Of a DNA stretch of 64,000 nucleotides, positions 60,969 to 64,000 are shown one piece after another. The notes beneath the pieces were generated by a model. It saw only the letters and a list, made by a program, of their open reading frames with translations. It made no database searches and had not been told where the DNA came from. The stretch's first letter is position 1. Each line of letters starts with the position of its first letter. Both the position numbers and the translations under genes were made by a program. Source of the stretch: an uncultured Verrucomicrobiae bacterium (GTDB taxonomy: Bacteria; Verrucomicrobiota; Verrucomicrobiia; Chthoniobacterales; UBA10450); NCBI GenBank assembly GCA_963757675.1, contig CAVWTH010000011.1, forward strand, positions 69,682 through 133,681. Reading direction: 5' to 3'.

Positions 60969-63320
60969 ATGAAATTCTCCGTTAATTGGCTGCGCGAATT
61001 TGTCGATCTTCCAAAAAATCCCGAAGAGATCGCCGAATTGCTAACTCGCGCCGGTATTGAAACCAAAAAAATCGAGACGCGCGGCGCGAACATCGACAAG
61101 GTGATCGTTTCGCAAATCACTGCATCGTCCCGCCATCCGAATGCCGATCGGCTCACGGTTTGCGAGGTGGACGACGGCAGCGGCACGAAACGCCAGATCG
61201 TTTGCGGCGCCACGAATTACAAAGTCGGCGACAAGGTTCCGCTCGCGCTTCCGGACGCGAAGCTGCCTAACGGCATGGAGATTCGAAAGAGCAAACTTCG
61301 CGGCGTCGAATCCGAAGGAATGCTTTGCAGCCCAATCGAGCTCAGTCTCGGCGAAGATGCCTCCGGTCTGTTGATCTTATCGCCCGATGCGAAAATCGGG
61401 GCGCCTATTGGCGATCTTTTTCCAGCAGATACGATTCTGGACGTCGAGATTACGCCAAACCGCGGCGATTTGCTGAGCCATTTCGGTCTTGCTCGCGAAA
61501 TTGCCGCTTTGACAAATAAGGAAACTGTAGGGCAAGCGCATCGCTTGCCGGCAGGCGGAGCGCCTGCCCTACAAAAATCGGGCATTACAATTTCCGCAAC
61601 GCGCGAATGCCCATTTTTCTCGCTGCGTAAAATCGACAACGTAAGCGTGGGTCCGAGCCCGCAGTGGTTGCGCGCGAAGCTTGAGAGCGTCGGCGTTCGC
61701 TCCATCAGCAATATCGTCGACATCTCCAATTTCGTGATGCTGGAGCTCGGTCAGCCCACGCACGCGTTCGACGCCGATAAATTGAAGGGCAGCATTAATG
61801 TGCGGCTCGCGCGCGACAGCGAGAAGTTTCTCGCACTGGATGGAAGCACCTACACGCTCAAGCCGGACAATTGTGTTGTCGCCGATCAGGAACGTGCCGT
61901 TGGGATCGGCGGCGTAATGGGTGGCGAAGAAACGGGTGTGACCGATTCGACCAAAAATATTTTGCTCGAAGCCGCTTATTTCTTGCCGGCGAGTATTCGC
62001 CGGACGGCGCGCGATTTGAGTCTGCAAAGTGATGCGAGTTATCGATTCGAGCGGGGCGTGGATCCGGAAATGATTTTGCAAGCGTCGCACCGCGCTACGG
62101 AATTAATGCGCGAAATCGCCGGTGGAGCGCCGGCAAAAGAAATCCATGTCGCCGGTGAACTTCCCGCCAATCCAGCGGACTTCTCGTTGATTTACGAAAA
62201 ATGTGACCGCGTGATCGGCATCTCCATTGATCCAGAGGCTGTTGATGAAATTCTCACCCGGTTCGGGCTGCGGAAAACCACGAGCACGAACAAAGCCGCA
62301 ACCTGGCAGATTCCAAGTTATCGGCGGGATTTGCAGCGCGACGTTGACCTGATCGAAGAAGTCCTTCGCGCGTACGGAATAGACAGGGTTCCTGGAAGAA
62401 CGCGCGGCCGTTTCATCTCCACGAGTGAAGCTGATCGTTCCCACGATTTCGAAACTCTTATTCTGCGCGAACGATTGACTGCATGCGGTGTGTCGGAAGT
62501 GCGGACCTCAAAATTGATTTCGAGGAGCGTTGCGGCTTTGAACGAAGCAATCGAGTTGCGGAATCCGTTAAGCGAAGATCACGTTGCGCTGCGGCCAACA
62601 CTGATCAGCGGTTTGCTCGATGTGCTCGAACGAAATATTCGCGCGGGCGCCGAGAGTGTTTCCATCTTCGAGATTGGCCGAGTATTCATCCCGCCATCTG
62701 CGAAAGAGGAACGACACCTCGGAATTTTGCTTTGGGAAAATGCGATCAGCGCTCCTAATTGGCGATCCCACACAAGACGTACCGTCGACTTGTTTGATCT
62801 CAAGGGCGTGCTCGAATGTGTTGTTCCAAATCTGTCGTTTCGGGCAGAAAGGTCCCCCGATTTCGCGCTCGCGGTCGAAGTTTGGTCTGGCGATGAGCGG
62901 ATCGGATTTGGCGGCCACCTCTCGGCGGGCAAATCGAGCGCCGCGGGTTCAGTGCTTGTTGCCGAACTCCATGCCGATCCTCTTTTGGACAGTGGCGGTT
63001 CAGCAAAAAAATTCCGGGAACTCGATCGCTACCCTTCGATCACTCGCGACATCGCGATGATCGTTCCTAACAAATTGACCCACGCTGAAATTTCACGCGT
63101 GATTCAAGAACCGCCGGAACCGTTGCTCGAAAGCGTGCAATTATTCGACTTGTTTGAAATCAGCGAAGATACGGATCCGACTGCTTCCGGAAAATCACTT
63201 GCATATAGATTGACATACCGCGCTAAAAATCGCACACTCACAAACGAAGAAGTGACTGCAGCGCACGCGAAGATTCGCGAGCGACTAAAGCGCGAACTGA
63301 GCGTGACGCTGCGGGAATAG
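60969..63320 (+). CDS. pheT: phenylalanine--tRNA ligase beta subunit
   Basis: 783 aa. MKFSVNWLREFVDL.., tRNA-binding domain (HPNADRLTVCEVDDG..VCGATN), B3_4 (..RDL.L.SDASYRFERGVD), B5, and the FDX-ACB C-terminus. Intact, but contains the repeat at 61526-61573. Confidence 0.95.
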   Translation: MKFSVNWLREFVDLPKNPEEIAELLTRAGIETKKIETRGANIDKVIVSQITASSRHPNADRLTVCEVDDGSGTKRQIVCGATNYKVGDKVPLALPDAKLPNGMEIRKSKLRGVESEGMLCSPIELSLGEDASGLLILSPDAKIGAPIGDLFPADTILDVEITPNRGDLLSHFGLAREIAALTNKETVGQAHRLPAGGAPALQKSGITISATRECPFFSLRKIDNVSVGPSPQWLRAKLESVGVRSISNIVDISNFVMLELGQPTHAFDADKLKGSINVRLARDSEKFLALDGSTYTLKPDNCVVADQERAVGIGGVMGGEETGVTDSTKNILLEAAYFLPASIRRTARDLSLQSDASYRFERGVDPEMILQASHRATELMREIAGGAPAKEIHVAGELPANPADFSLIYEKCDRVIGISIDPEAVDEILTRFGLRKTTSTNKAATWQIPSYRRDLQRDVDLIEEVLRAYGIDRVPGRTRGRFISTSEADRSHDFETLILRERLTACGVSEVRTSKLISRSVAALNEAIELRNPLSEDHVALRPTLISGLLDVLERNIRAGAESVSIFEIGRVFIPPSAKEERHLGILLWENAISAPNWRSHTRRTVDLFDLKGVLECVVPNLSFRAERSPDFALAVEVWSGDERIGFGGHLSAGKSSAAGSVLVAELHADPLLDSGGSAKKFRELDRYPSITRDIAMIVPNKLTHAEISRVIQEPPEPLLESVQLFDLFEISEDTDPTASGKSLAYRLTYRAKNRTLTNEEVTAAHAKIRERLKRELSVTLRE
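61526..61573. repeat. TGTAG-type REP doublet (REPIN-like), 48 nt, in frame inside pheT
   Basis: TGTAG-GGCAAGCG-CAT-CGCTTGCC-GGCAGGCG-GAG-CGCCTGCC-CTACA. Translated as TVGQAHRLPAGGAPALQ. Confidence 0.8.
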
Positions 63321-63629
63321 TTCTTTGAAAGAAAAGAGCCGTTTGTTGAGGGTTGGGAAGAAAACCAGTGCTTTTCTCTCAACTCTCGACTAACGGCTCT
63401 TCACGCGGTCCCGAATTAGTTCTGATTTTTGGGATCGAACATTTACCCTGCGATGTTCGAGATTACGAGGTGAGATTCCCGAACCGCTATTGATAGAAGC
63501 AAGGAGGCTGGGTCGCCCGCAGAACATGGCAGGCCTTTATTGGAAGTCAGACGCTGTGGCGACGGTCATCCACCCGTGACTGTAAGGGAACGGGTGATCC
63601 GCCTAAACGGCATCGGCGGGGTAACATTT

Positions 63630-63663
63630 AAAACCCGGATCGAAAAATCGATCCGGGTTTTTT
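63630..63663. terminator. strong bidirectional intrinsic terminator
   Basis: AAAA-CCCGGATCGA-AAAA-TCGATCCGGG-TTTTTT. Perfect 10-bp GC-rich stem (14 bp with the A/T flanks). Confidence 0.85.
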
Positions 63664-63756
63664 CGTTATGGAAGCGCTAAAGCGTTCTAGAAAGCATTGT
63701 CTGCTTCACGCAACCGATTTGAAAATTCGCTCGCAATCCCGATACTGGGCGGTGAC

Positions 63757-64000
63757 GTGCGCACCATTCTAGCTCTCGAAGACGGCCGGTATTTTGAGGG
63801 CGAATCATTTGGCGCAAGCGGCACATGCGTCGGTGAGATTTGCTTCAACACCGCGATGACCGGTTATCAGGAAGTGCTGACGGATCCTTCGTATCGCGGG
63901 CAGATCGTGGCGATGACGTATCCGTTGATCGGAAATTATGGGACTAATTCGCTCGACCAGGAAAGCCGTTCCCCGCACGTGCGCGGATTTGTAATCGAGG
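63757..64000 (+). CDS. carA: carbamoyl-phosphate synthase small (glutamine amidotransferase) subunit, N-terminal 81 codons (continues past window end)
   Basis: Not in the ORF track. From GTG 63757: [77 protein letters not shown]. This matches the CarA N-domain pattern (..VFNT.MTGYQE.LTDPSY..QI...TYP.IGN.G.N). Confidence 0.9.
   Translation, partial: MRTILALEDGRYFEGESFGASGTCVGEICFNTAMTGYQEVLTDPSYRGQIVAMTYPLIGNYGTNSLDQESRSPHVRGFVIE

Overview
The window is a chromosomal, mostly housekeeping segment of a Gram-negative bacterium. The gene content and repeat style look PVC/Verrucomicrobiota-like, but that is inference only. I found no transposase, integrase, phage genes, CRISPR array or recognisable defence system.

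Gene order, left to right:
- alaS (partial, runs off the left edge and is missing from the ORF track), recA, two hsp20 genes, membrane proteins, a stand-alone 5'-3' exonuclease, nadC, birA.
- A siroheme-decarboxylase-like gene, hemolysin III, a HAD hydrolase.
- tRNA-Lys, then sulfotransferase / unknown / hexapeptide acyltransferase, then tRNA-Ser.
- A HemQ-like gene, a rhomboid-like gene, gcvTH, ydeI, a methyltransferase, xseB-dxs.
- RNase P RNA (hidden under spurious ORFs), DUF456, a peroxiredoxin, a DUF4153-like gene, acnA, DUF2071, a TPR/coiled-coil protein.
- tRNA-His and tRNA-Arg, ribD, a Tyr-rich secreted peptide, DUF3106, rpoD-dnaG, nfeD, thiSH, an outer-membrane beta-barrel, RNase E/G.
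- mrdA-mreDCB, rpe, a secretin / PG-binding / GspE-like ATPase operon, DUF4440, mpl, a CHASE2 adenylate cyclase, a Zn-ribbon rhomboid, rplT, pheST, carA (partial, runs off the right edge).

Two things stand out:
1. A family of TGTAG-initiated REP/REPIN-like palindromes. Two copies sit exactly in frame inside essential aminoacyl-tRNA synthetase genes (alaS and pheT).
2. About two dozen or more reading-frame breaks by hand count, in otherwise well-conserved genes: mrdA, mreB, the secretion ATPase, the secretin, mpl, rplT, pheS and others. They are strongly clustered, while long neighbouring genes are intact. Consensus indel error is the most economical explanation, but the clustering deserves a check against reads.

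Other points: short oligonucleotide repeats in several intergenic spacers, one heptamer repeat inside acnA, and an unassigned roughly 330-nt structured region with a strong terminator between pheT and carA.
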